The notes: generated by a model from the sequence alone, not told the origin. A stretch of DNA of 64,000 bases from Acutalibacteraceae bacterium (GCA_045590395.1 JAZNQX010000063.1:5135-69134), one strand, 5' to 3'. Counted from the first letter of the stretch, positions 1 to 9,320 are shown. Program-made: numbers and translations.

Positions 1-375
1 CTGCTTGTAGGCAGACCCGAAATAAATATTATGGGTGCGCCTATCGGTACTGCAGTTTGCTATATATTTATATTCCTTTCCAACACCTACTGTCTTATAA
101 AACATACGGGCGTTAAGATAAACTTTATGTCTGTGCTTATAAAGCCTGCAATTTCAGCTATTGTTTGCGGTGTAGTTGCCTTTATGATGTCATTGCTTTG
201 CGCAAAGCTTAGCCTTTCGAATATTGTTACGGTGGCTGTTTGTGTAGCGGTGGCGGCTGTGGTTTATCTTGTGGTACTTTTTGCCATTAAAACTATGACA
301 AAAGAGGATGTTGAAAGCTTTCCTAAGGGCGAAAAGATAGCCGCAATACTTGAAAAACTGCATTTCATTCGTTAA
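1..375 (+). CDS. C-terminal fragment of a MOP/MurJ-superfamily flippase (SpoVB/YabM-like); the 5' end lies outside the window
   Basis: The frame is open from nt 1 (LLVGRPEINIMGAPIGT...). The product is purely hydrophobic TM helices. Its position upstream of mazG-hup-yabO-yabP-yabQ-divIC-yabR mirrors the Bacillus yabM neighbourhood. Confidence 0.6.
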   Translation: MLVGRPEINIMGAPIGTAVCYIFIFLSNTYCLIKHTGVKINFMSVLIKPAISAIVCGVVAFMMSLLCAKLSLSNIVTVAVCVAVAAVVYLVVLFAIKTMTKEDVESFPKGEKIAAILEKLHFIR

Positions 376-450
376 AATGCACAAAAATTGTTAAAACAGC
401 CTGTTTTTAACAGCAAAAGTGAAAAAATCTATTGATTTTTAGGTGAAAAT

Positions 451-1242
451 ATGTTAAATTTAGATGTAGAGAATTTTGACGGTAAATATTCTATGGAGCA
501 ATTCTTAAGTATTATGAGAATGCTTCGCGCACCCGACGGATGTCCGTGGGACAGAGAGCAAACCCATAGCAGTATCCGCAATAATTTTCTTGAGGAAACC
601 TATGAGGTTATTGATGCTATTGACCGTGACTCTACTGAGGATATGCGGGAAGAGCTTGGCGATGTTCTTATGCAGGTTGTTTTCCACGCTATAATTGCTG
701 AGGAAGAAAACCGCTTTGATTTTTCCGATGTAGTAAATGAGGTTTCTCAGAAGCTTGTTTACCGACACCCTCACGTATTCGGTGATGTTACTGCCGAAAC
801 AAGTGAAAAGGTGCTTGATAATTGGGAAAAGCTGAAAAGGGCAGAAAAATCCCAAAGCACCTATACCGATACCCTTAAAAGCGTACCCCTTGCGTTTCCT
901 GCTTTGATGAGAGCGCAGAAACTTCAAAAACGCGCTTCAAAGGCAGGGCTCTGCGGAGAAAATTCTTTAAATGATGTAACAAAGCAGACCGAAAAACTGG
1001 CTAAGGCTTTTAAAACTTGTGATAAGGAAAAAGCGACAGAGGTAATCGGTGATTTGCTTTTTAGTGTGGCGGCTGCCGCCCGACTTTTACAGGTTGACTG
1101 TGAGGAAGCACTTCAAAGGTCTTCTGATAAATTTGTCAGCACCTTTGCCAAGGCTGAGGATATGATAACGGCAGACGGCAAGGATATGAAAGAGCTTTCA
1201 AAAGATGAGCTGAGCTCTTATCTTTTAAAAGCACAAGGATGA
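451..1242 (+). CDS. mazG: MazG-family nucleoside triphosphate pyrophosphohydrolase
   Basis: 263 aa. Contains the typical MazG motifs CPWDREQTHSSIRNNFLEETYEVIDAI and EELGDVLMQVVFHA. Confidence 0.9.
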   Translation: MLNLDVENFDGKYSMEQFLSIMRMLRAPDGCPWDREQTHSSIRNNFLEETYEVIDAIDRDSTEDMREELGDVLMQVVFHAIIAEEENRFDFSDVVNEVSQKLVYRHPHVFGDVTAETSEKVLDNWEKLKRAEKSQSTYTDTLKSVPLAFPALMRAQKLQKRASKAGLCGENSLNDVTKQTEKLAKAFKTCDKEKATEVIGDLLFSVAAAARLLQVDCEEALQRSSDKFVSTFAKAEDMITADGKDMKELSKDELSSYLLKAQG

Positions 1243-1299
1243 TTTCATACAGTAGGCGTTTTAACATACTGTTGAAAATAAAAAACGGAGGTTTTTACA

Positions 1300-1569
1300 A
1301 TGAAAAAGTCAGAATTAATTTCAGCAATCGCTGAAAAAGCAGGTATCTCCAAGGTAGCTGCTGACAAGGCTCTTGCAGCTTTCATCGATACTGTTGAAGG
1401 CGAACTCAAGGCTGGTGGCGAAGTTTCTTTAGTTGGTTTTGGTACTTTCAAGGTTGCTAACCGTGCTGCTAGAACCGGTATCAATCCTAAGACCAAAGAA
1501 AAGATTAAGATTGCTGCTTCTAAGGCTCCTGTTTTCAAAGCAGGCAAAGCATTCAAAGACGCTCTTTAA
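1300..1569 (+). CDS. hup: DNA-binding protein HU
   Basis: 89 aa: [18 protein letters not shown]...[20 protein letters not shown]. Strong RBS (GGAGG). Confidence 0.95.
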   Translation: MKKSELISAIAEKAGISKVAADKALAAFIDTVEGELKAGGEVSLVGFGTFKVANRAARTGINPKTKEKIKIAASKAPVFKAGKAFKDAL

Positions 1570-1578
1570 TTTTTCTGA

Positions 1579-1616
1579 AAGCCGTCCGCTGAAATTCGGG
1601 CGGCTTGGCTTTTTGT
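1579..1616 (+). terminator. Intrinsic terminator after hup
   Basis: Hairpin AGCCGTCCG...CGGGCGGCT followed by a T-run. Confidence 0.6.
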
Positions 1617-1625
1617 ATTTTAGTT

Positions 1626-1868
1626 ATGAGACTTGATAAATTTTTAAAAACTGCACGAATTATTAAACGCCGTACCATTGCAAATGAAGCCTGTGATGCG
1701 GGCAGAGTTTCGGTTAACGGCAAGGTTGCCAGAGCATCTTATGACGTTAAGGTGGGCGATGTAATTGAAATTGCTTTCGGAACACGAAATGTTAAGGTTC
1801 AGGTTACCGCCGTTGTTGATGCCGTTAAAAAAGATGATGCCGCAAATCTTTATAAAATAGTTCAGTAG
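1626..1868 (+). CDS. yabO: S4-domain RNA-binding protein (YabO/Hsp15-like)
   Basis: MRLDKFLKTARIIKRRTIANEACDAGRVSVNGK is an S4 domain. I chose the ATG at 1626 rather than the ORF-track start at 1605, which lies inside the hup terminator. Confidence 0.85.
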   Translation: MRLDKFLKTARIIKRRTIANEACDAGRVSVNGKVARASYDVKVGDVIEIAFGTRNVKVQVTAVVDAVKKDDAANLYKIVQ

Positions 1869-1917
1869 CATAAGGAAGCACCCTTCGCAATATATTTATT
1901 GTGGAGGGTGATTTTTT

Positions 1918-2184
1918 ATGGATAATAGCGGAGAACATTCACTGTATATGTCAAACAGAAAGTCGATGTCGCTTTCAGGAGTTCGCGATGTTCTGAGTTT
2001 TGATGAAAACAGCGTTAGTATAATTTCGGTTATGGGAAACATAGTTATTAAGGGTGATAACATAAAAATCGGCAGTTTCAATACCGAAACTGGAGATATG
2101 CAGATAGAGGGAAGATTTTCGGCAGTTGTTTATCTTGACAATAAAGGGGAAAGGGAAGGCTTCTTTAAGAGGATATTCAGATAA
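1918..2184 (+). CDS. yabP: Sporulation protein YabP
   Basis: 88 aa with YabP-like sequence (LSLSGVRDVLSFDENSVSI...GDNIKI). Conserved synteny with yabQ and divIC. Confidence 0.85.
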   Translation: MDNSGEHSLYMSNRKSMSLSGVRDVLSFDENSVSIISVMGNIVIKGDNIKIGSFNTETGDMQIEGRFSAVVYLDNKGEREGFFKRIFR

Positions 2185-2185
2185 T

Positions 2186-2632
2186 ATGTGGGAAATAAGC
2201 TCAATTTCGCAAATCGTATCTGTGCTTTATGCCTTGCTGACAGGAGTAATACTGTCGGTGTTTTTTGATTTTTTCAGAGCCGCACGCAAACTAAAGGTCT
2301 ATAGCAAGACAATGGTGTTTTTTCAGGATATGATTTTTTGGATTATCGCAACCTTTGTTACCTTTCTTTTGCTAATAGCAAGAACTAACGGTGAAGTAAG
2401 GTTTTATATTCTTCTATCTTTACTTGCGGGATTTTTTGTCTACAGGGTTACTTTATCTTCTTTTGTGTTACGGTTTTTGCTTTTTCTTTTTAAAGTTTTC
2501 GGCAAGATTTTCGGTGCTTATAGGAAATTTATAGAACGGCTGTCAGACTTTTTGACCAAGGTTTTGAGAAAAATAAAGAATTTGATATTAAAAAATGTAA
2601 AAAAAGTTGGCTTTAAGAGAAAAAACTCTTGA
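2186..2632 (+). CDS. yabQ: Spore cortex biosynthesis membrane protein YabQ
   Basis: The ATG at 2186 (MWEISSISQ...) lies just after the yabP stop. Multi-TM protein with conserved synteny. Confidence 0.75.
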   Translation: MWEISSISQIVSVLYALLTGVILSVFFDFFRAARKLKVYSKTMVFFQDMIFWIIATFVTFLLLIARTNGEVRFYILLSLLAGFFVYRVTLSSFVLRFLLFLFKVFGKIFGAYRKFIERLSDFLTKVLRKIKNLILKNVKKVGFKRKNS

Positions 2633-2697
2633 AAGTACATACCTAAATGTTGTATACTCATAGTGATAGATTGTTTATGTGAAGGAAAGAGAAAAGT

Positions 2698-2970
2698 ATG
2701 GGAAAAAGCGTGATTTTGCGTGTCCTTGTGCTGTGTGTGGCAATATATTTTGTATATTCGCTGTCATCTCTCTGGACCGATTTAATTAAGGGCAGAGAAA
2801 ACCTCGAAACTATCAGAAAAGAAATATCCGATACCGAAAGAACCATCGGTGAATATAAAGAACTTTTGGCTGAGGGTAATGAGGCTAAAATTATCGAAAA
2901 AGCCGCCAGAGAAAGACTGGGATATGTTTTTGAGGACGAGCAGGTTTATATAGATATATCTGCCGATTAA
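2698..2970 (+). CDS. divIC: Septum formation initiator (DivIC/FtsB family)
   Basis: 90 aa: N-terminal TM, coiled coil and C-terminal AARERLGYVFEDE motif. Confidence 0.8.
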   Translation: MGKSVILRVLVLCVAIYFVYSLSSLWTDLIKGRENLETIRKEISDTERTIGEYKELLAEGNEAKIIEKAARERLGYVFEDEQVYIDISAD

Positions 2971-3027
2971 TGTCAGCACAGTCTGTAAGACTTTTTCATT
3001 ATTTTTTAAGGGGGAACTGCATAGTTT

Positions 3028-3480
3028 ATGCAAATCGAGATAGGACAAATTGTAGAGGGTAAAATAACCGGAATAACCAACTTCGGCGTTTTTGTTGATT
3101 TAGGAGATTCCAAAAGCGGCATGGTACATATTTCCGAGGTTGCAAGAAGTTATGTTACCGACATACATGAGCATGTTAAGGAAAACGATGTTGTGAAGAT
3201 GAAGGTTCTGAGCATTGATGATAACGGCAAAATCAGCCTTAGTATCAAACGCGCTCAGGAGGAGCAGGGCGGTAAAGAACGCCGTGCAAATAAAGAAAAC
3301 CGCGAAAGACAGGCGGCAAAAATTGATTCTTCATATACATGGGCTCCTAAAAAGCAGGAACCTGCTTCCTTTGAAGAAATGATGAATCGCTTTAAGCAGA
3401 CAAGCGATGAAAAATTCTCTGATTTAAAAAGAAAGAACCCCGATAGCCGTCGTTCAAAACGCGGTGCCGGTGTAAAATGA
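3028..3480 (+). CDS. yabR: S1 RNA-binding domain protein (YabR-like)
   Basis: S1 fold sequence GKITGITNFGVFVDLGDSKSGMVHISEV with a basic C-terminal tail. Confidence 0.85.
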   Translation: MQIEIGQIVEGKITGITNFGVFVDLGDSKSGMVHISEVARSYVTDIHEHVKENDVVKMKVLSIDDNGKISLSIKRAQEEQGGKERRANKENRERQAAKIDSSYTWAPKKQEPASFEEMMNRFKQTSDEKFSDLKRKNPDSRRSKRGAGVK

Positions 3481-3487
3481 TTTATAG

Positions 3488-3515
3488 CGGCAGACTTTTA
3501 GTCTGCCCTTTTTAC
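3488..3515 (+). terminator. Intrinsic terminator after yabR
   Basis: GGCAGACT-TTTA-GTCTGCC followed by CTTTTT. Confidence 0.65.
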
Positions 3516-3532
3516 TGAAAGGAAAAGTAAAA

Positions 3533-4375
3533 TTGAGAGATATAGATGTATCGGTTATACGGGACATAGTGGCAAAGCTTTGTATTGATGCCAATAAGAC
3601 CCTGCCAAATGACCTTGTATCTAAAATAGAATATTATAAAAACCGTGAAACGAATGCTACTGCCTGTTCGGTGCTTTGTGATTTACAGGCCAATGCCGAC
3701 ACAGCAAAGGAACTTAATATACCTGTTTGTCAGGATACGGGAATGGCTGTTGTTTTTCTTATAATCGGTCAAGAGGTTCATTTTACAGGCGGAAATCTTT
3801 ATGATGCAGTAAATGAAGGGGTACGCAAGGGTTATATAGAGGGTTTGCTTAGAAAAAGTGTAGTATCCGACCCACTGAAAAGAGTAAACACCGATGATAA
3901 TACCCCTGCGGTAATACATACCGAAATAGTAAGCGGCGATAAGGTGGAAATCACCGTTGCTCCTAAGGGCTTTGGCAGTGAGAATATGAGCGGAGTTCGT
4001 ATGCTTACCCCTGCTGATGGTAAAGAGGGAGTAATAAGAGCGGTACTTGACATAGTAAAGACCGCAGGTGCAAATCCCTGTCCGCCTATGGTTATTGGTG
4101 TTGGTATCGGCGGAGATTTTGAGCAGTGCGCTTATCTTTCCAAAAAAGCGCTTTGCAGAAGTTCAAAAATCAGAAACCCCGACAATTATTATGCCGAGCT
4201 TGAAGAGGAACTGCTTTTAAAAATTAATGAGCTGGGCATAGGCCCTCAGGGTTTTGGCGGCGATACTACCGCCCTTTATGTTAATGTTGAGGTTGCCCCT
4301 ACACATATAGCAGGGCTTCCCGTTGCTGTTAATATCGGCTGTCACGTTACACGCCACGCCACAGAGCAGGTGTAG
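3533..4375 (+). CDS. Fe-S type hydro-lyase, alpha/N-terminal-domain type (class I fumarate hydratase / L(+)-tartrate dehydratase alpha subunit)
   Basis: 280 aa with a TTG start. Family-typical motifs: CQDTGMAVVF, GFGSENMS and NIGCHVTRH. Confidence 0.85.
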   Translation: MRDIDVSVIRDIVAKLCIDANKTLPNDLVSKIEYYKNRETNATACSVLCDLQANADTAKELNIPVCQDTGMAVVFLIIGQEVHFTGGNLYDAVNEGVRKGYIEGLLRKSVVSDPLKRVNTDDNTPAVIHTEIVSGDKVEITVAPKGFGSENMSGVRMLTPADGKEGVIRAVLDIVKTAGANPCPPMVIGVGIGGDFEQCAYLSKKALCRSSKIRNPDNYYAELEEELLLKINELGIGPQGFGGDTTALYVNVEVAPTHIAGLPVAVNIGCHVTRHATEQV

Positions 4376-4387
4376 AAAGGTAAAATA

Positions 4388-5512
4388 ATGAGTAATATTA
4401 AAATGGTGGCGCCCTGCCTTTTCGGTATAGAGGGTATAGCGGCTGACGAATTTAAAAGAATGGGCTTTGAAAAGGTTAATGCCGAAAACGGCAGAGTGCT
4501 TCTTGAGGGAGATGAAAACCTGCTTGTCAGGGCTAATATAAATTCCCGTTTTGCAGAGCGTATTCTGATAAATATGGGCGAATTTGACGCGCTCACCTTT
4601 ACAGAACTGTTTGACAATGTAAAAAATCTGCCTTGGGAGGATTATATAGGCAGGGAAGATGCTTTTCCTGTTAACGGCTGGAGTATTAATTCTCAGCTCA
4701 GCAGTATTCCCGACTGTCAGTCCATTATTAAAAAGGCTGTGGTAGAACGCCTTAAAAGTAAATATAATATTTCGTGGTTTAATGAAACCGATACCGAATA
4801 CCGTATTCGTTTTTCCATTCATAAAAACCGCGTTACAATGATGATAGATACCTCAGGCGAGGGACTTCATAAAAGAGGTTACAGAAGAAATTCCAATGCG
4901 GCACCCCTTAAAGAAACACTTGCCGCCGCTATATGTGATATGGCGCGAATTTACCCCGACAGCAAGGTTTTAGACCCATTCTGTGGCTCGGGTACATTGC
5001 TTATTGAATCGGCTATGATGGCTAAAAAAATGGCACCCGGACTTCGCAGAAGCTTTGCGGCAGAGCACTTTGCCTTTATTGATGAAAAGGTATGGCGAGA
5101 GGAAAGAGCAAGGGCGCAAAGTCTTATTCTGACTAATATTGATTTTACAGCGCAGGGCTTTGACATTGATGAGGAAGCGGTAGCACTTACCGAGAGAAAT
5201 GCAAAATTTGCAGGTGTGGATAAATATGTCAAGGCAAAGGTGGCTGATGTAAGGGATTTTACACCGCCAAAAGACAGATGCCTTGTACTTGCAAATCCGC
5301 CTTATGGCGAAAGACTGCTTGATGTAAGAGGGGCAGAAGAACTTTATAAGGTTATGGGAGAGCGATTTACCTTTGGCGACGGTCAAAAATATTTTGTTAT
5401 AAGCCCTCATGATGAGTTCGAAAAGTTTTTCGGAGATACCGCCGATAAACGCCGTAAGCTTTATAACGGAATGATAAAATGTCAGCTTTATATGTATTTT
5501 AAAAAGAGGTAA
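4388..5512 (+). CDS. THUMP-domain class I SAM-dependent RNA (N6-adenine/guanine-type) methyltransferase
   Basis: 374 aa: THUMP-like N-terminus, SAM motif DPFCGSGT and catalytic NPPYG. Confidence 0.85.
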   Translation: MSNIKMVAPCLFGIEGIAADEFKRMGFEKVNAENGRVLLEGDENLLVRANINSRFAERILINMGEFDALTFTELFDNVKNLPWEDYIGREDAFPVNGWSINSQLSSIPDCQSIIKKAVVERLKSKYNISWFNETDTEYRIRFSIHKNRVTMMIDTSGEGLHKRGYRRNSNAAPLKETLAAAICDMARIYPDSKVLDPFCGSGTLLIESAMMAKKMAPGLRRSFAAEHFAFIDEKVWREERARAQSLILTNIDFTAQGFDIDEEAVALTERNAKFAGVDKYVKAKVADVRDFTPPKDRCLVLANPPYGERLLDVRGAEELYKVMGERFTFGDGQKYFVISPHDEFEKFFGDTADKRRKLYNGMIKCQLYMYFKKR

Positions 5513-5523
5513 GGTAAAAAGGG

Positions 5524-6447
5524 ATGAAGTATGTTTTTATCATAAATCCTGCAGCAGGAAAAGGTAAAACAGTAAATGAACTTTACGGTGAGATTGCAAA
5601 TTATTGCTCTGATAAAAAGCTTGAATATGCCGTGCAGATAACTGCGGCGGCAGGAGATGCAGGCAGATTTGCCCGCGAACACGCTGAAAAAGGCGAACCG
5701 GTCACCATATTTCTTGCAGGTGGCGAGGGCACGGTTTTTGAAGCACTTAACGGCGTTTTCGGTTACGATAACGTAACGCTGGGTGTTATTCCCATAGGCT
5801 CTGCAAATGATTTTCTTAAATTCTTCCCTAAAGACGATAAGCAGGCCTTTGCCGATATTGACGACCAGATAAACGGTAGCGCAATAAAGATGGATGTTAT
5901 TAAAGCAGGGGAGTACTACTGCCTTAACAGTTGTTCGGCAGGTATGGATGCAGTTGTGGCAGGATATATGTCACGCTTTAAAAGACTGCCTTTTGTTAAC
6001 GGCAGTATGGCGTATAATCTTGCTATTGTCAAATGCTATCTGGGTAAAATAGGTTGCCGACTGGCACTAAAAGCAGACGGAAATGACCTTGGTAATAAAA
6101 AATGTCTTTTTGCCGTTGTTGCAAACGGCCCTGCCTATGGCGGCGGTTACCTTGCCGCACCTGATGCCGTTCCCTTTGATGGTGAGCTTGACTACACCAT
6201 TGTTGATAACATAAATAAACTGAAAATTCTTAAATTCATAGGCAGATATAAAAAAGGTGAGGTTGACGGATTGTCATTTATACATAAAGGAAAGTGTAAA
6301 ACATTTTCAATTAGAAGCGATAAAAAGCTGCCCGTAAACCTTGACGGAGAAATTTTTGAAATGAAGGAAATTGACTTTTCTATAATAAAAAGCGGTGTAA
6401 AATTCCAGCTTCCCTCATCGGTTGTTAAAAATTTCTTAACTAAGTGA
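5524..6447 (+). CDS. Diacylglycerol/lipid kinase family protein (YegS/BmrU-like)
   Basis: 307 aa. Motifs: IINPAAGKG, GGEGT and GSANDF. Confidence 0.85.
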   Translation: MKYVFIINPAAGKGKTVNELYGEIANYCSDKKLEYAVQITAAAGDAGRFAREHAEKGEPVTIFLAGGEGTVFEALNGVFGYDNVTLGVIPIGSANDFLKFFPKDDKQAFADIDDQINGSAIKMDVIKAGEYYCLNSCSAGMDAVVAGYMSRFKRLPFVNGSMAYNLAIVKCYLGKIGCRLALKADGNDLGNKKCLFAVVANGPAYGGGYLAAPDAVPFDGELDYTIVDNINKLKILKFIGRYKKGEVDGLSFIHKGKCKTFSIRSDKKLPVNLDGEIFEMKEIDFSIIKSGVKFQLPSSVVKNFLTK

Positions 6448-6466
6448 AAAATATTAGTAAATAGAC

Positions 6467-6494
6467 TTGATTTTTAGAAAAATATGGATACAAT
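6467..6494 (+). promoter_or_regulatory. Putative sigma-A promoter of groESL
   Basis: TTGATT, 16 nt, TACAAT, immediately upstream of CIRCE. Confidence 0.55.
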
Positions 6495-6499
6495 ATATA

Positions 6500-6526
6500 T
6501 TAGCACTCGAAGTAGCAGAGTGCTAA
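6500..6526 (+). promoter_or_regulatory. CIRCE operator (HrcA binding site)
   Basis: Perfect TTAGCACTC-N9-GAGTGCTAA inverted repeat 33 nt upstream of groES. Confidence 0.92.
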
Positions 6527-6558
6527 TTAATAAGTAATTTAATATTGGAGGAAATATT

Positions 6559-8498
<1,940 letters not shown>

Positions 8499-8509
8499 TA
8501 TTAAACTCG

Positions 8510-8540
8510 AAAAGGCGATGATTAATCATCGCCTTTTTTG
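8510..8540 (+). terminator. Intrinsic terminator after groEL
   Basis: AAAGGCGATGA-TTAA-TCATCGCCTTTT followed by a T-run. Confidence 0.75.
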
Positions 8541-8650
8541 TGTAACAATTATAGAGGTTGGTAAAGAATAAAATTTTTTGTTTGCTGGTTATAAAACAAA
8601 AAATGCCGGTTTCGACATTTTAATTTTTCATTATTAATTAGTGAAGCGAT

Positions 8651-8706
8651 TTCAATATTCATTATTCATTACGGAAATCCGCTTTTAATGAATGATGAAT
8701 ATTGAA
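8651..8706. repeat. AT-rich 21-bp inverted repeat (20/21 match) separated by 14 nt
   Basis: TTCAATATTCATTATTCATTA (8651-8671) pairs with TAATGAATGATGAATATTGAA (8686-8706). It is built from iterated ATTCATT/AATGAAT units. Confidence 0.7.
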
Positions 8707-8732
8707 TAATGAAGAATGAATAGTACAAAATC

Positions 8733-8763
8733 AAAAATCCGTCCACTTTCGTGAACGGATTTC
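8733..8763 (-). terminator. Intrinsic terminator (minus strand) after the tRNA-Leu-linked module
   Basis: Minus-strand hairpin AAATCCGTTCAC-GAAA-GTGGACGGATTT followed by TTGATTTT. Confidence 0.6.
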
Positions 8764-8769
8764 CGATTT

Positions 8770-8859
8770 TGGTGCGGGTGACAGGACGCAACTCGCTATG
8801 CGATTTGCCCTGCTTGACGACCGTTGCCTTGCAACAGTACCCGTCTGCGCACCACACAC
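8770..8859 (-). other. 90-nt tRNA-Leu-like element / displaced tRNA-Leu 3' fragment ending in ...GTCCTGTCACCCGCACCA
   Basis: The 18-nt 3' end (8770-8787) matches the tRNA-Leu 3' end (8977-8994) at 17/18. The T-stem GCAGG/CCTGT is retained around a 23-nt inserted hairpin. The 5' heptamer GTGTGTG can pair 6/7 with CACCCGC. No D-arm is present. It is homologous to the element at 39696-39785. Confidence 0.5.
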
Positions 8860-8931
8860 CTAAAAAACAGTTCACAGAACTGTTTTCTTAACGGCGTGTG
8901 CCTTCATAAGCTTCAAGTCCTACCACCGCAA
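8770..8931 (-). repeat. tRNA-linked conserved module, Leu copy. Order: inverted T-arm fragment, hairpin+U-run, two-tier hairpin, direct T-loop-to-CCA copy
   Basis: Shares the blocks GTTAAGAAAACAGTTCnGTGAACTGTTTTT and GACGGGTACTGTT(C)GCAArGC(G)AACGGTCGTC with 39634-39785. The inverted fragment TTCAAGTCCTACCACCGC lies on the + strand at 8912-8929. Confidence 0.6.
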
Positions 8932-8940
8932 ATAAAACAA

Positions 8941-8975
8941 ATTCCGAGCTTAACCTAAAGGTCAAACTCGGAAAT
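8941..8975 (-). terminator. Hairpin + U-run directly after tRNA-Leu (minus strand)
   Basis: TTCCGAGTTTGACC-TTTA-GGTTAAGCTCGGAA followed by TTTGTTTTATTT. Confidence 0.55.
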
Positions 8976-8976
8976 T

Positions 8977-9059
8977 TGGTGCGGGAGACAGGACTTGAAC
9001 CTGCACGGTGAACCGCTAGCTCCTAAGGCTAGTGCGTCTGCCAATTCCGCCACACCCGC
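8977..9059 (-). tRNA. tRNA-Leu (anticodon UAG), type II with a long variable arm; CCA is encoded
   Basis: The reverse complement is GCGGGTGTGGCGGAATTGGCAGACGCACTAGCCTTAGGAGCTAGCGGTTCACCGTGCAGGTTCAAGTCCTGTCTCCCGCACCA. The anticodon loop is CTTAGGA. Acceptor pair 6:67 is a U-U mismatch. Confidence 0.93.
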
Positions 9060-9267
9060 AAATATTATTGAAATTTTGTTTTAAATCGGTTAATGAAGTT
9101 CTACTTGTATATCATCGGCAGCCGCACTACGTGCGTTACCCTCAGAAATATAGTCGTTCTGCTCGCTTGGAGCGCGTCGCATTACTCCTTATTTCTTCAC
9201 CTCAGCAAAGTACCTTCATCATCCACCGGATGCGGCACTTTGCTTCGCCCAATTCCGCCACACCCGC
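9060..9267 (-). other. Leader of about 208 nt upstream of tRNA-Leu that begins with a 19-nt duplicate of the tRNA 5' end, followed by structured RNA of unknown type
   Basis: 9249-9267 is identical to 9041-9059 (GCGGGTGTGGCGGAATTGG on the minus strand). Internal stems: AGCAAAGT/ACTTTGCT, CATCC/GGATG, AGAAATA/TATTTCT and GCAC/GTGC. Confidence 0.5.
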
Positions 9268-9291
9268 ATAGTATTTTTAAACTGCTAATAT

Positions 9292-9320
9292 ATTTTATAA
9301 TAGAAACTCACTTATGTCAA
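9292..9320 (-). promoter_or_regulatory. Putative sigma-A promoter driving the leader + tRNA-Leu unit (minus strand)
   Basis: The minus strand reads TTGACA, 17 nt, TAAAAT. Confidence 0.6.

Noticed and set aside
2126-2185. Longer yabQ ORF starting at 2126 and overlapping yabP. Similar upstream extensions exist for trmFO (26061), rnc (28386), comFC (18826), the class V aminotransferase (13093), the DUF3343-like gene (12795) and the ACT-domain gene (11714)
   Set aside because: In each case, an internal start with a better RBS, and a conserved protein N-terminus that begins at that internal Met, makes the shorter model more likely.
9090-9182. 30-aa minus-strand sORF (MRRAPSEQNDYISEGNARSAAADDIQVELH) in the tRNA-Leu leader, and C/D-box-like TGATGA...CTGA pairs in the same leader
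   Set aside because: AAGGAG lies only 2 nt from the ATG, and the peptide is hydrophilic with no recognisable features. Bacteria lack C/D snoRNPs, and such short motifs are expected by chance. Recorded only as a note.
8770-9267. Split or intron-containing tRNA-Leu, with an outer 5' piece at 9249-9267 and a 3' piece at 8770-8787 (e.g. a group I intron)
   Set aside because: The tRNA at 8977-9059 is contiguous and complete. The outer pieces would enclose terminators and a whole tRNA. I could not see any group I core (P3-P7) sequences.
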